63,929 nucleotides of DNA from Akkermansia muciniphila (GTDB lineage Bacteria; Pseudomonadota; Gammaproteobacteria; Enterobacterales; Succinivibrionaceae), in assembly GCA_963622535.1 (NCBI GenBank), contig CAVFIO010000001.1, forward strand, positions 8,141 to 72,069, in the 5' to 3' direction. The notes below the pieces were generated by a model. It was not told the DNA's origin. It searched no databases and saw only the letters and a program-made list of their open reading frames with translations. Positions 13,974 through 23,641 of this stretch are shown here, in pieces (within the stretch, counting starts at the first letter, position 1; each line of letters begins with the position of its first letter). Position numbers and translations under genes: made by a program.

Positions 13974-14014
13974 CCTTGCGTTAGTTCAAAATCGGAGCTG
14001 TATGGTTCCGATTT

Positions 14015-14917
14015 TTATTTATTCTCCAGTGCCATCATATCCTGATTAATCCCCTGCTGAGAGAGCATGGCTTTGAGCTTTTTCATACCGGCAACCTCAA
14101 TCTGGCGTACTCGCTCAACTGAAACGTGAAGCTCGTCTGAGAGATCCTGCAGTGTAGCCTTGTTTTCATCAAGCCAGCGACGCTGAATGACTGTTCTTGT
14201 GCGCTCGTCCAGATCGGACAGGGCCTGTGACAGCTTGCTTAATTCAAAGCTGTGATAATCATGGTTTTCAAATGTCCTGGCAAAGTTTGAGTTCTCATCC
14301 TCAAGATAGGCTGCCGGAGCAAAACTGTCCTTATCCGAGTCATCGCTCACGTCCATGTCAAAGGCAACATCCTGACCTGAAAGTCTGCTTTCCATTTCAG
14401 CTACATCCCTGGCGGTTACATCCAGATCATTTGCAACCTGCTCCCGCTCTGATGAGGTGAACCAGCCAAGATGCTTTTTATTTGAACGCAGCTTAAAGAA
14501 GAGCTTGCGCTGAGCTTTTGTGGTTGCAACCTTCACCATGCGCCAGTTCTTAATGACGTAATCATGGATCTCTGCCTTTATCCAGTGAATGGCAAAGGCT
14601 GCAAGACGTCCGCCAACATCCGGATCAAAATGCTTAACGGCCTTCATAAGCCCGATATTACCCTCCTGGATAAGATCTGCCTCAGGAAGTCCGTAGCCTG
14701 CATAACCGCGGGCCACACTCACGACCAGGCGCAGGTGGGAGAGCACCAGTTTACGTGCAGCTTCAATATCGCCATAATCCTTAAGACGACGGGCCAGGTT
14801 GCGTTCATCCTCCTCCTCAAGCATGGGAACAGCATTAACAGATGCTATGTAGGCATTCAGATTGCCTACAGGAGCAAGTGTCAGCTGCATTGAATTAGAG
14901 GAATTATCTTTTGACAT
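14015..14917 (-). CDS. rpoH: RNA polymerase sigma-32
   Basis: DLIQEGNIGLMKAV and RpoH box KVATTKAQRKLFFKLR. Confidence 0.96.
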   Translation of the reverse strand: MSKDNSSNSMQLTLAPVGNLNAYIASVNAVPMLEEEDERNLARRLKDYGDIEAARKLVLSHLRLVVSVARGYAGYGLPEADLIQEGNIGLMKAVKHFDPDVGGRLAAFAIHWIKAEIHDYVIKNWRMVKVATTKAQRKLFFKLRSNKKHLGWFTSSEREQVANDLDVTARDVAEMESRLSGQDVAFDMDVSDDSDKDSFAPAAYLEDENSNFARTFENHDYHSFELSKLSQALSDLDERTRTVIQRRWLDENKATLQDLSDELHVSVERVRQIEVAGMKKLKAMLSQQGINQDMMALENK

Positions 14918-14944
14918 CAGTCGTTGCCTGGAATTAATTTTCCG

Positions 14945-16270
14945 TTATTCACCAAAAAGCGCATCAACGAAGGCTTCAACATCAAATTCACGCAGATCTT
15001 CGGTCTTTTCACCAATGCCGATAAAGCGCAACGGTATTTTAAACTGATCTGCAAGAGCGAACACAACGCCTCCTTTGGCAGTGCCATCAAGCTTGGTGAT
15101 AGTAATACCTGTAACCTTAACAGCCTCATTGAAGATTTTTGTCTGAGATACAGCATTCTGTCCGGTTGCGCCATCAAGCACCAGCATGACCTCGTCAGGC
15201 ACATCGGCATCATTTTTCCTCATGACTCTCACAATCTTCTTGAGCTCATCCATGAGGTGATCTTTGTTTTGCAGACGGCCTGCAGTATCACAGATTAAGA
15301 CGTCACAGCCACGGGATTTTGCGGCAGTTAAGGCGTCAAATATAACCGAGGCACTATCAGAGCCTGTAGGTTGGGATATAACCGGAACACCGGTGCGCTC
15401 TCCCCATTTTACAAGCTGCTCAACGGCTGCAGCTCGGAAGGTGTCACCTGCTGCCAGCATTACCTTTAGTCCCTGAGATTTAAATTTCAGGGCAAGTTTT
15501 CCGATTGTTGTGGTCTTGCCGGCGCCATTGACGCCTACCATAAGGATCACATATGGAGTATTGCCATCCTTATGTACATTCAGAGGAATAGCGCATGGAC
15601 GCAGAATATCGCACAGGATCTGCTTTAGGTTATTCTTAAGTGCACCTGCGTCATGCAGCTCGCGAAGCTTTGAGCTTTCGCGCAGCTGCTCAATGACGCG
15701 CTCGGTGGTATCTACTCCGAGATCAGCTGTAAGCAGTGCAGTCTCAAGATCCTCATAGAGCTCCTCTGAGATTTTTTTTCCCTTGATCATGGCTTCAAGA
15801 CCAAAGGATATATTCTCACGGGTACGCTTCAGGCGTTCAAAAAAGGATCTCTTAACCTTTACCGGTGCTTCTGCCTGAACGCTGTCTGCTGATATCTTTT
15901 CCTCACCGTCTGATGATGTGCTGACTGCATCTTCTGCAGATCCTTGCGTAGATGCTGTAACTTCAGCATTCTCATTTACTGATGTATTTTCTTCAGCTAC
16001 ATCAGCAACTGATTTTTCGTCTTCCTGAGCATGAACAGCTTTATTTTCCTCGTCTGTGTTTTCCAACAGTTCATCAGGGGATGCTGTAGGGATATCAGTT
16101 GGAGATTCAATATTTTCTGCAATAGACTCATTTGCTGAAGCTGTTGATTGCTGTTCTTCTTCGAGCTCTTGTTGCTTTTCAAGGACTTGATCCCTGTTTT
16201 CTACAAGCTGTTCCTTATTTTCTACATTATTTTTTGCAGATTTCTTCTTAAATAAACCGAAAAAGCCCAT
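14945..16270 (-). CDS. ftsY: SRP receptor FtsY with acidic N-terminal domain
   Basis: GVNGAGKTTT, DTFRAAA, DTAGR, TKLDGTAKGG; start MGFFGLFKKK at 16270. Confidence 0.96.
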   Translation of the reverse strand: MGFFGLFKKKSAKNNVENKEQLVENRDQVLEKQQELEEEQQSTASANESIAENIESPTDIPTASPDELLENTDEENKAVHAQEDEKSVADVAEENTSVNENAEVTASTQGSAEDAVSTSSDGEEKISADSVQAEAPVKVKRSFFERLKRTRENISFGLEAMIKGKKISEELYEDLETALLTADLGVDTTERVIEQLRESSKLRELHDAGALKNNLKQILCDILRPCAIPLNVHKDGNTPYVILMVGVNGAGKTTTIGKLALKFKSQGLKVMLAAGDTFRAAAVEQLVKWGERTGVPVISQPTGSDSASVIFDALTAAKSRGCDVLICDTAGRLQNKDHLMDELKKIVRVMRKNDADVPDEVMLVLDGATGQNAVSQTKIFNEAVKVTGITITKLDGTAKGGVVFALADQFKIPLRFIGIGEKTEDLREFDVEAFVDALFGE

Positions 16271-16434
16271 GTTGTATCCTGTGATATTTTGATTGCTAGG
16301 TATGGATCTGGGGCGAATTTTACGCACATCCCTATATTTTACTATTTAGTATCATGTTTCCCAAAAAGACGCTAAATTTCTTCTACAAGTCCTGTAAGAT
16401 ATTCGGTGAAATTTTCGATGGCAAGGATGTGATT

Positions 16435-16995
16435 ATGTACGCTAATGATCATCAAGTAAGGATTATAGGTGGAAAATTCAAGGGCAAGCTTTTAAGAGTA
16501 GGTCAATTAGATGGTCTGAGGCCAACTCCTGATCGGGTCCGGGAGACTGTTTTTACGTGGCTTGGAGATCATTGTGAGGGGGCTCGGGTACTCGATCTTT
16601 TTGCAGGATCCGGTGCTCTAGGATGTGAAGCGCTATCCCGTGGTGCAAGTGATGTAACCTTGATTGAAATTGATAAGAAGAATAGCAGGAATCTTGAGGA
16701 TGCCACCGCTGATATGGACAATATCATGGTATTGAATACCGATGCTATCGCCTTTATCAAGCAGGCAACCGGAGTTTACTCACTGGTATTTCTCGATCCT
16801 CCCTATAAGGCGGATTTGCTTGAAGATTGTCTGCTGGTGTTGCTAGACAGAGAGCTTATTGACGAGAATACCTTACTCTATGTAGAGATGAATGCTGGTA
16901 ATACCTTATCGGTGCCAGGATATGAGGTTATCCGTGAGGAAACTGCAGGTCAGGTCAAATACGCACTGTGGAGAAAGGCGCAGATGCCTTTTTAG
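16435..16995 (+). CDS. rsmD: 16S rRNA m2G966 methyltransferase RsmD
   Basis: RIIGG, RPTPDRVRE, LDLFAGSGALG, DPPY; divergent from ftsY. Confidence 0.95.
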   Translation: MYANDHQVRIIGGKFKGKLLRVGQLDGLRPTPDRVRETVFTWLGDHCEGARVLDLFAGSGALGCEALSRGASDVTLIEIDKKNSRNLEDATADMDNIMVLNTDAIAFIKQATGVYSLVFLDPPYKADLLEDCLLVLLDRELIDENTLLYVEMNAGNTLSVPGYEVIREETAGQVKYALWRKAQMPF

Positions 16996-17000
16996 AGCAG

Positions 17001-17025
17001 AAAAAAGGGAGCGTAACGCTCCCTT
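17001..17025 (-). terminator. Intrinsic terminator of the dehydrogenase gene
   Basis: AAGGGAGCG-taa-CGCTCCCTT with an A6 run (U tract on the minus strand). Confidence 0.75.
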
Positions 17026-17047
17026 GATTATCAACTTAACCTGAATA

Positions 17048-18103
17048 TCAGGCAGGCTTGTAGCCGTTGAAGTTGTATTCAACCTTCATGGTCTCAGGTG
17101 AGAGAGCTGCATTCATGCCTTCAACAGGCTGAGATGCATCGAAGGATGCAGAAAGTAAAGGCAGAGGATTGATCAGGCCGCGATCAAGAGCGGAGACAAC
17201 TGCACCGAACTCATCATAGAAACGGAATACAGAGTGCCACTTGATGCCTTTGACAGCGAAAGGTCCGAAGTCCTTAGGCTCATGACCTGCACCGTACATA
17301 CCAACCTGAGAAACAATTGCCTCAGGACGTACAAGCTTCATGAGCTGTGCACATGCAAAGCCGTTGCCGGTAGCTTCGATACCGAGGTCGAAGGAACCCT
17401 TGTGCTCGCACCATTTCTCGATCTGCTCAGGATCTTCCTTGGAGTTGCAGACAAAGTCAGCACCCATCTGCTTGGCGATCTTTAAGGTTTCGCCGCGGAT
17501 ATCGATGCAGGTAACAGTGTTAGCACCTAAGGTCTTAGCTGCTGCAACACAGAGGCAGCCGATAGGACCTGCACCCATAACAACTACGTCTTTACCTAAG
17601 AGGTTGCCCAGAGCATTGATACCGCTGTAGGCAATGCCCAAAGGCTCGGCAAATGCACCGACTTCAGGCTTTAAGGTGTGGACAACGCCGCACTGCTCTT
17701 CGTGAACGGTGCAGTAGTCAGCAAACAAACCAGTGGTGTGAGGGAAAAGTGCTGCAGAGCCTAAGTGCTGAACATTTTCACAGAAGGTGTACTGCTTGTT
17801 CTCGCAGTAGTAGCACTTGAAGCAGGGACGTGCAGGGCGTAAAACAACCATGTCGCCCTTCTTGACCTTGGTAACATCCTTACCGACTTCTTCAACAACA
17901 CCGCAGCCTTCGTGACCGATAACAAGAGGCTCACGAACTACGATAGCGGTACCGTTACCACCCTGGGTGTAATAGTGCTGATCTGAACCGCAGATACCGC
18001 CGGTCAACATTTTAACGATGACTTCTTTAGGGTCTTTGATGGTTGCATCAGGTACGTCTTCGTAACGGAGATCCAACTTCTGGTGTAAAACAATAGCTTT
18101 CAT
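17048..18103 (-). CDS. Zn-dependent medium-chain dehydrogenase, L-idonate 5-dehydrogenase-like
   Basis: GGICGSD.HYY, GHE, structural-Zn C-x2-C-x2-C-x7-C, GAGPIG, FAEPL, FRF..EF. Confidence 0.75.
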   Translation of the reverse strand: MKAIVLHQKLDLRYEDVPDATIKDPKEVIVKMLTGGICGSDQHYYTQGGNGTAIVVREPLVIGHEGCGVVEEVGKDVTKVKKGDMVVLRPARPCFKCYYCENKQYTFCENVQHLGSAALFPHTTGLFADYCTVHEEQCGVVHTLKPEVGAFAEPLGIAYSGINALGNLLGKDVVVMGAGPIGCLCVAAAKTLGANTVTCIDIRGETLKIAKQMGADFVCNSKEDPEQIEKWCEHKGSFDLGIEATGNGFACAQLMKLVRPEAIVSQVGMYGAGHEPKDFGPFAVKGIKWHSVFRFYDEFGAVVSALDRGLINPLPLLSASFDASQPVEGMNAALSPETMKVEYNFNGYKPA

Positions 18104-18355
18104 GTTTTCCTATCCTATAAAGCAGCACTGGACGACGCCAGTTCGTATTTCGAGTTATAACTTCTCGAAACCTCCAAGACTTGTTATACAACTAAGCCTT
18201 TATGAATTTCGGCACTAATTTTAACGTATGCAAAAAAATAAAAGCTTGAATGCTAGCATGTTTTTTATACCAGAATTCAATTTTGCAATAAGCATCAAAT
18301 TAATGACAATATGTGTTTTACTTGTCTTGTATTTTAGTGGTCTTAAAATGGCTTA

Positions 18356-19252
18356 TTAATGCTGATCTGTAATGTGTGAAATTAAAGATCTGTGTCTTAC
18401 ATGAGCCGTAATTCCACGAGCTGTAAATCTGTCAGCCAGCGATTGTGCAATGTAGACACTGCGGTGAAAACCACCGGTACAGCCGATAGCTACCGTAAGA
18501 TAGCTGCGGTTACTTGTTTCAATGGTAGGAAGCCAGCGCAGCAGAATATCGTCGATCTGTCCTATGTACTCGTCAACCTCCGGATGTCTGGCAAAGAAAT
18601 CAATGATAGGCTTATCAAGTCCTGTATAGGATCTCAGCTCCTTCTCCCAGAAAGGATTTGGCAGGAAGCGTGAGTCGAATACAAAATCAGCATCCTTGGC
18701 TATGCCGTCCTTAAAGCCAAAGGATTCAAAGATCATTACCAGCTCACGTTCCGGACGGCCCTGCACCAGGGTTGTGATCTGGGCTGAGAGATCATGTACT
18801 GAAAGATTAGAGGTATCGATACGTAAATCGGCAACAGAGGAAATACTCTGTAATAGCTGTGATTCCTGCCTGATAGCCTCATCAAGAGACATGGATTTTA
18901 ATGAAAGAGGGTGCAGTCGTCTGGTGTTGGCGTAGCGCTTTATCAATTCCTGATCATCTGCATCAAGATAGATGATGGTGCTTTTGATTAATGGATCGTT
19001 ACGGGCTTTTGCATATGTATCATTGATGATAGTCATGTCACGGTCACCGCCATAGATGATGGTGCGGATGTCTATCGATACGGCAAGCTTAGGATAATGC
19101 TCCTTGGCAAGCTTGATTAAATTTCCCATAAAGACTGCCGGGAGATTATCGATGCAATAGAAACCCAGGTCCTCCAGAACCTTCAATGCCAGTGATTTAC
19201 CTGAGCCTGAACGTCCTGAAATTACAAATATTTGTATTGGTTGCTTCTGCAT
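18356..19252 (-). CDS. rapZ: RNase adapter RapZ (YhbJ)
   Basis: SGRSGSGKS, GFYCIDNLP, TRRLHPL, SFGFK, RFLPNP, GCTGGFHRSV. Confidence 0.95.
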   Translation of the reverse strand: MQKQPIQIFVISGRSGSGKSLALKVLEDLGFYCIDNLPAVFMGNLIKLAKEHYPKLAVSIDIRTIIYGGDRDMTIINDTYAKARNDPLIKSTIIYLDADDQELIKRYANTRRLHPLSLKSMSLDEAIRQESQLLQSISSVADLRIDTSNLSVHDLSAQITTLVQGRPERELVMIFESFGFKDGIAKDADFVFDSRFLPNPFWEKELRSYTGLDKPIIDFFARHPEVDEYIGQIDDILLRWLPTIETSNRSYLTVAIGCTGGFHRSVYIAQSLADRFTARGITAHVRHRSLISHITDQH

Positions 19253-19270
19253 AGCCTCATCTCCTTTTTG

Positions 19271-19765
19271 CTAGGAACCTTTTTTAGCCTCTAGTGATGC
19301 ATCAATCTGTTTTAATAATGTACTGATTTTATTACGTTCATTGCGAGCAAGTCTTAAAGAGTTCAGTAAATCCTGATTAGAGAACACCTCAGTAAGCTGT
19401 TTTAACAGTCTGGCGATCTCTTCATATTTATCATCAGGACTTATGAACAGGGTATATGCAATGTCCACATAGAGCGGATCCGAGTCTATTGAGTTGAAGG
19501 TAACTGGGGAATCAAGAATTGACAGTACTGCCAGTGTTTTGTTGATCCCGGGGATCATGGCATGAGGTATTGCAATCCCGTTGAAAAATACCGTAGCACC
19601 GTATTGCTCACGTGTATTCAGCGCTTTTATGATGAGATCCGGGGCAACATGCAAAATTACCGATGCATTCTCAGCTATCTCTTCAAAAAGTTTTTTTTTG
19701 GAATAGCAAAATAACGAGGAGAGGATTAAGGTCTCAGGTAACAAGCTGTTATTCCTAAATAACAA
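19271..19765 (-). CDS. ptsN: PTS EIIA-Ntr-like protein (TTG start at 19765 or 19744)
   Basis: SKKK.FE, RE..G.T, GIAIPH phospho-His motif; lies between hpf and rapZ. Confidence 0.85.
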   Translation of the reverse strand: MLFRNNSLLPETLILSSLFCYSKKKLFEEIAENASVILHVAPDLIIKALNTREQYGATVFFNGIAIPHAMIPGINKTLAVLSILDSPVTFNSIDSDPLYVDIAYTLFISPDDKYEEIARLLKQLTEVFSNQDLLNSLRLARNERNKISTLLKQIDASLEAKKGS

Positions 19766-19787
19766 TGCCCCGCTTAAGGGCGGGGCA
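19757..19787 (-). terminator. Terminator-like hairpin after hpf, abutting the ptsN start
   Basis: Minus strand TGCCCCGC-ccttaa-GCGGGGCA followed by TTGTTATTT. Confidence 0.6.
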
Positions 19788-19810
19788 GTTAATATAAGTG
19801 CTACTGGGGA

Positions 19811-20095
19811 TTAGCCCTGCAGTTTTTCCTTGTATTTGACCAACTGACGATCAACCTTATCGATCAAGCCGTCAATGGCTGCGTACATGGTGTCGGCATC
19901 TGCCTCGGTGTGGAGGCTGTCACCGGTAACCGCTACATCGGCCTTTGCAATGTGAGTGAGATTATCCACAGTGAGGGTAACGCTAATTGAGTTGATAAGC
20001 TCAGCCTTGCGCTCAAGTTTCTTGAATTTATCATTCACATAGTCTTTGAGAGCATCGGTAAGCTTCAAGCCCACGCCTTGAATTTTCACCTGCAT
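19811..20095 (-). CDS. hpf: Ribosome hibernation promoting factor (short HPF)
   Basis: T.AL..YV..KF.KL, MYAAID, RQLVKYKEK; downstream of rpoN. Confidence 0.94.
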   Translation of the reverse strand: MQVKIQGVGLKLTDALKDYVNDKFKKLERKAELINSISVTLTVDNLTHIAKADVAVTGDSLHTEADADTMYAAIDGLIDKVDRQLVKYKEKLQG

Positions 20096-20244
20096 ATATC
20101 GTCCTTAGTTCAGGTCAACTGAACAGCACTTCGGCATTAACTATTTAATGCTTCTACATTTTTATAATATGGTATTTTTTTGACAAATTACAATAACTTG
20201 ATCAAATTTTTGTATTTTTGGGCGATTAATTTTTTCGTATTTTT

Positions 20245-21780
20245 TCAAATCAGGCGTTTACGCTGAGATGAAGGGGCAATACCTAATGATTCACGGTATT
20301 TTGCAATAGTGCGTCTGGCAACGATGATCCCTTCATCTGAAAGCAATGTGACCAGCTTGCTGTCAGATAATGGCTTTTTGGCATCCTCTTTGGCAATAAG
20401 CTCTTTGATGCGTGCTCGTATTGCTGTAGATGATGCTGTACCGCCGTCATCCGTGCCTACCTTGGATGAGAAGAAGTACTTAAGCTCAAAGGTTCCCTTG
20501 GGAGTTACGATATATTTTTCGGTAGTGATGCGCGATACGGTTGATTCATGCATCTCTATTTCACTTGCGATATCGTTCAATACCATGGGATGCATGGAGC
20601 CTTCGCCATATTCCATGAAGTCCTGCTGTCTTTCAACTATGACGTTAGCAACCTTCATCAAGGTTTCATTACGTTTGTTTAATGACTGCATAAACCAGTT
20701 AGCTTCCTGCAGATTGCTCTTGAAGAACTTTTTGTCGTCTGCATTCTGAGCCTGATTGGCAAGCATGCGATACTGTTCATTGATGTGCAGCTTAGGGATG
20801 GCATCTGAGTTGAGCTCAGCATGATAGTGGCCGTTTTCATCCTTGACCACAACTACATCAGGAATAATAAAATCAGATTTTTCCTTAACGGCACAGCGCC
20901 CTGGGCGGGGATTTAAGGACTGGATGAGATCTATTGATTTCTTTAAGCTCTCCTCTCTTATCGAAAGCTTTGAGCACAGGGTTCTGAAATCACGGACAGA
21001 CAGCTCTTTTAGATAGTTGTTGACTATATTTAAGGCCAGCTCTCGGGTTGCTGTGGTATTCATCGCTTCAAGCTGAATGCGCAGGCATTCCTGTACACTC
21101 CGTGAGCCTACTGCTACCGGATCGTAATGCTGAATCAGCTTTAATACGCTTAAGGTATCCTCCAGGGTAGTTTCAGGATAATCCTCCTGTACCGTTTGAG
21201 TAATGCTTTCAACTGTTTCCTGAAGATAGCCTGAATCATCAATTCCATCAATGATGTTTTCTGCAATTATCCTGTCCGGGCCTGTAAGTGGCGACAGGTC
21301 TAACTGCCATAAGAGGTGATCATGAAGGTCATAGCCGGTTTCTCCTTCAAAAACGCTGTCCGCATCTGCTATTGCCACAGAGTGTCTGGTATCAGCTGAA
21401 TGTGAAACAGGCTCATTATTACCAGCGCTTTCATTGTGAGTCACATTGCCGTCAGCACAAATCGAGATTTGAGAATCCGCATCAGGGAATGCTGTATCTG
21501 CTGTTTTGATAGATGAATCGTTATCAAAGGGATCAAATTCATCGTTTCTATCCCCCTGTGATTCCTGCTCGGCTATGGTTTCCAGGGATTCAAAGCGGTT
21601 CTCATTACCTTCCTCTTCGATCTCCAGCATGGGATTCTGTTCAACAGCCTCGCGTATTTCCTGGCGTAACTCCAATGTTGAAAGCTGTAGGAGTTTGATT
21701 GCCTGCTGAAGCTGCGGTGTCAGTGACAGCCCCAGCTTTTGTGCCTGTCTTAGCTGTAAGCCGTTGAATAGTCCTGCCAT
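20245..21780 (-). CDS. rpoN: RNA polymerase sigma-54
   Basis: LTPQLQQAIKLLQL, MHESTVSR, RpoN box ARRTIAKYRE. Confidence 0.97.
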   Translation of the reverse strand: MAGLFNGLQLRQAQKLGLSLTPQLQQAIKLLQLSTLELRQEIREAVEQNPMLEIEEEGNENRFESLETIAEQESQGDRNDEFDPFDNDSSIKTADTAFPDADSQISICADGNVTHNESAGNNEPVSHSADTRHSVAIADADSVFEGETGYDLHDHLLWQLDLSPLTGPDRIIAENIIDGIDDSGYLQETVESITQTVQEDYPETTLEDTLSVLKLIQHYDPVAVGSRSVQECLRIQLEAMNTTATRELALNIVNNYLKELSVRDFRTLCSKLSIREESLKKSIDLIQSLNPRPGRCAVKEKSDFIIPDVVVVKDENGHYHAELNSDAIPKLHINEQYRMLANQAQNADDKKFFKSNLQEANWFMQSLNKRNETLMKVANVIVERQQDFMEYGEGSMHPMVLNDIASEIEMHESTVSRITTEKYIVTPKGTFELKYFFSSKVGTDDGGTASSTAIRARIKELIAKEDAKKPLSDSKLVTLLSDEGIIVARRTIAKYRESLGIAPSSQRKRLI

Positions 21781-21810
21781 GTTGTCCCTTAGTTTGTTTG
21801 ATTACTGATA

Positions 21811-22536
21811 TTAGAGAGTAAAGTCCTTGCCAAGATATACGGCCTTAACCTTCTCGTTGCTTTGAATTTCCATGGGAGTACCCTGGGCAATTAACTCGCC
21901 TGAGCTTACGATGTATGCCCGTTCGCATACCCCTAAGGTTTCACGCACGTTATGATCGGTGATTAAAATACCGATCCCGCGGTTTTTAAGGTGGGTAATG
22001 ATGTTTTTAATTTCAGAAACTGAGATAGGATCAACACCGGCAAAGGGCTCATCGAGCAAAATAAATTTAGGATTGGCAGCTAACGCACGGGCGATCTCTA
22101 CACGTCGACGTTCACCGCCTGACAGAGACATGCCAAGGCTGTCTTTTAGGGCTGCAACGTTAAACTCATCCATGAGATCAGAGACCATGGTTTCACGTTC
22201 ATGCCTGCTCAGTCCCTTTTGCAGTTCGGCAACTCCCATGAGATTCTGATAGACAGTCAGCTTTCTGAAGATTGAGTTTTCCTGCGGCAGGTATCCGATG
22301 CCCATCAGTGCTCTTTGGTGCATAGGCATCATGGTAATGTCCTGTCCGTCCAGCAGTACCTGCCCCTGTTCTGAGGAAATAATGCCAACCAGCATATAAA
22401 AGGATGTGGTTTTTCCGGCACCATTAGGACCTAAAAGGCCGATAATGGAGCCGCTTGATACCTCAAGACTTACATCCTTAACGACGGTTCTTTTCTTATA
22501 GGTCTTGCGTAGGTGAAGTGCTTTAAGCTCGCTCAT
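21811..22536 (-). CDS. lptB: LPS export ABC ATPase LptB
   Basis: [36 protein letters not shown]. Confidence 0.96.
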   Translation of the reverse strand: MSELKALHLRKTYKKRTVVKDVSLEVSSGSIIGLLGPNGAGKTTSFYMLVGIISSEQGQVLLDGQDITMMPMHQRALMGIGYLPQENSIFRKLTVYQNLMGVAELQKGLSRHERETMVSDLMDEFNVAALKDSLGMSLSGGERRRVEIARALAANPKFILLDEPFAGVDPISVSEIKNIITHLKNRGIGILITDHNVRETLGVCERAYIVSSGELIAQGTPMEIQSNEKVKAVYLGKDFTL

Positions 22537-22551
22537 TGGTAGCCTTGATTA

Positions 22552-23097
22552 TTATTTTTTGCTGTTATTCTGGTTTTTGTCGTTGCCCTGAAATTCCTGC
22601 GGGATGAAGGTACTCTTTACACGGCCGTTCTGGTTGTTGGCGGTATTGGCTTTCATCTTCTGACTTACCGTGTTGTAGACGATCTTTTCGCCTGATACAT
22701 GGGACTCGCCCTGCCATACGGTGGCATTTCCGGTAAGAACAATATCCCCTGTAAGCGGCAGATACTGCAGGGTTGATGATTGAGAGCGCAGGATCTTACC
22801 GTCATCAAGCTCCTGACGGAAGGTTACAGGCTGTCCCCAGGTCATTACCTCTTTGAGTTCGTTTTTCTCATTACGGGTAAGCTCTGCCTTGTCACAGTGC
22901 ACCTCGATTGTTCCCTGAGTTGCTACTACATCTCCGATGAAGAACAGCTTGTTAGCCTGAAGATCGGCTAACTGCTCCTTAGACTGAACATTCAGAGGCT
23001 GCTGGGTATCTGTTTTTAGTGCATATGCATTGTTAGCATTGATTGTCAGAAAAGCAAAACTAATTGCCAGAGCCGTTAGACGGGTAATAGGTTGCAT
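22552..23097 (-). CDS. lptA: LPS transport periplasmic protein LptA
   Basis: Signal peptide, ALKTD..QP, G.V..TQG, GRVKS; position in the lpt cluster. Confidence 0.9.
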   Translation of the reverse strand: MQPITRLTALAISFAFLTINANNAYALKTDTQQPLNVQSKEQLADLQANKLFFIGDVVATQGTIEVHCDKAELTRNEKNELKEVMTWGQPVTFRQELDDGKILRSQSSTLQYLPLTGDIVLTGNATVWQGESHVSGEKIVYNTVSQKMKANTANNQNGRVKSTFIPQEFQGNDKNQNNSKK

Positions 23098-23641
23098 TGA
23101 CGTTGCCCTTGTAAGTCATCACATTGGTATTGAGATCGATTTTAAAGTCGGTTCCAGAGTTAATCCATCCCTGACCGTAGATAGTTGTTTTATCTTTAGA
23201 AGTGATCTCATTTTTTTTTAAATCGTAATAGCCATTAGCAGAGGTTGCTTTGCTGATTGCTGCACCTTGAAACTCAGGCACAAGCACAACATGGCCGTTC
23301 AGTTTGGCATACTCGTTGTTATGCAGCTGTCCTATATCTCCTGTAAGCTTCCATATTTCTGCCTCGCCCTGTTTGTTTTTTTTATAGGAGTGCAGAACGG
23401 GGAGCTTGAAATCAGCAATATCGGTGGCCTCATTGAAGGTCACATGTACTGCTTTTATGGAGCTTTCTTTATTGCCGGCAGCATCGTATTTGGTGGCAAA
23501 GAAGTTGTCTGCTTCATAGATTTTTGCTGCCTTGTCAGTAAGGCCGTCATCATCGTCTAAAGCCTGAGTATAGCGATAAAGGCCTAAGGCTCCACCAAAA
23601 AGCACTAAGGCAATTACTGTTGATTTTATGGTTACTGCCAT
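23060..23641 (-). CDS. lptC: LPS export protein LptC
   Basis: N-terminal TM helix plus beta-rich domain, between kdsC and lptA. Confidence 0.82.
   Translation of the reverse strand: MAVTIKSTVIALVLFGGALGLYRYTQALDDDDGLTDKAAKIYEADNFFATKYDAAGNKESSIKAVHVTFNEATDIADFKLPVLHSYKKNKQGEAEIWKLTGDIGQLHNNEYAKLNGHVVLVPEFQGAAISKATSANGYYDLKKNEITSKDKTTIYGQGWINSGTDFKIDLNTNVMTYKGNVNATYYPSNGSGN

Noticed and set aside
15870..16240. Acidic low-complexity N-terminus of FtsY
   Set aside because: Normal gammaproteobacterial FtsY A-domain
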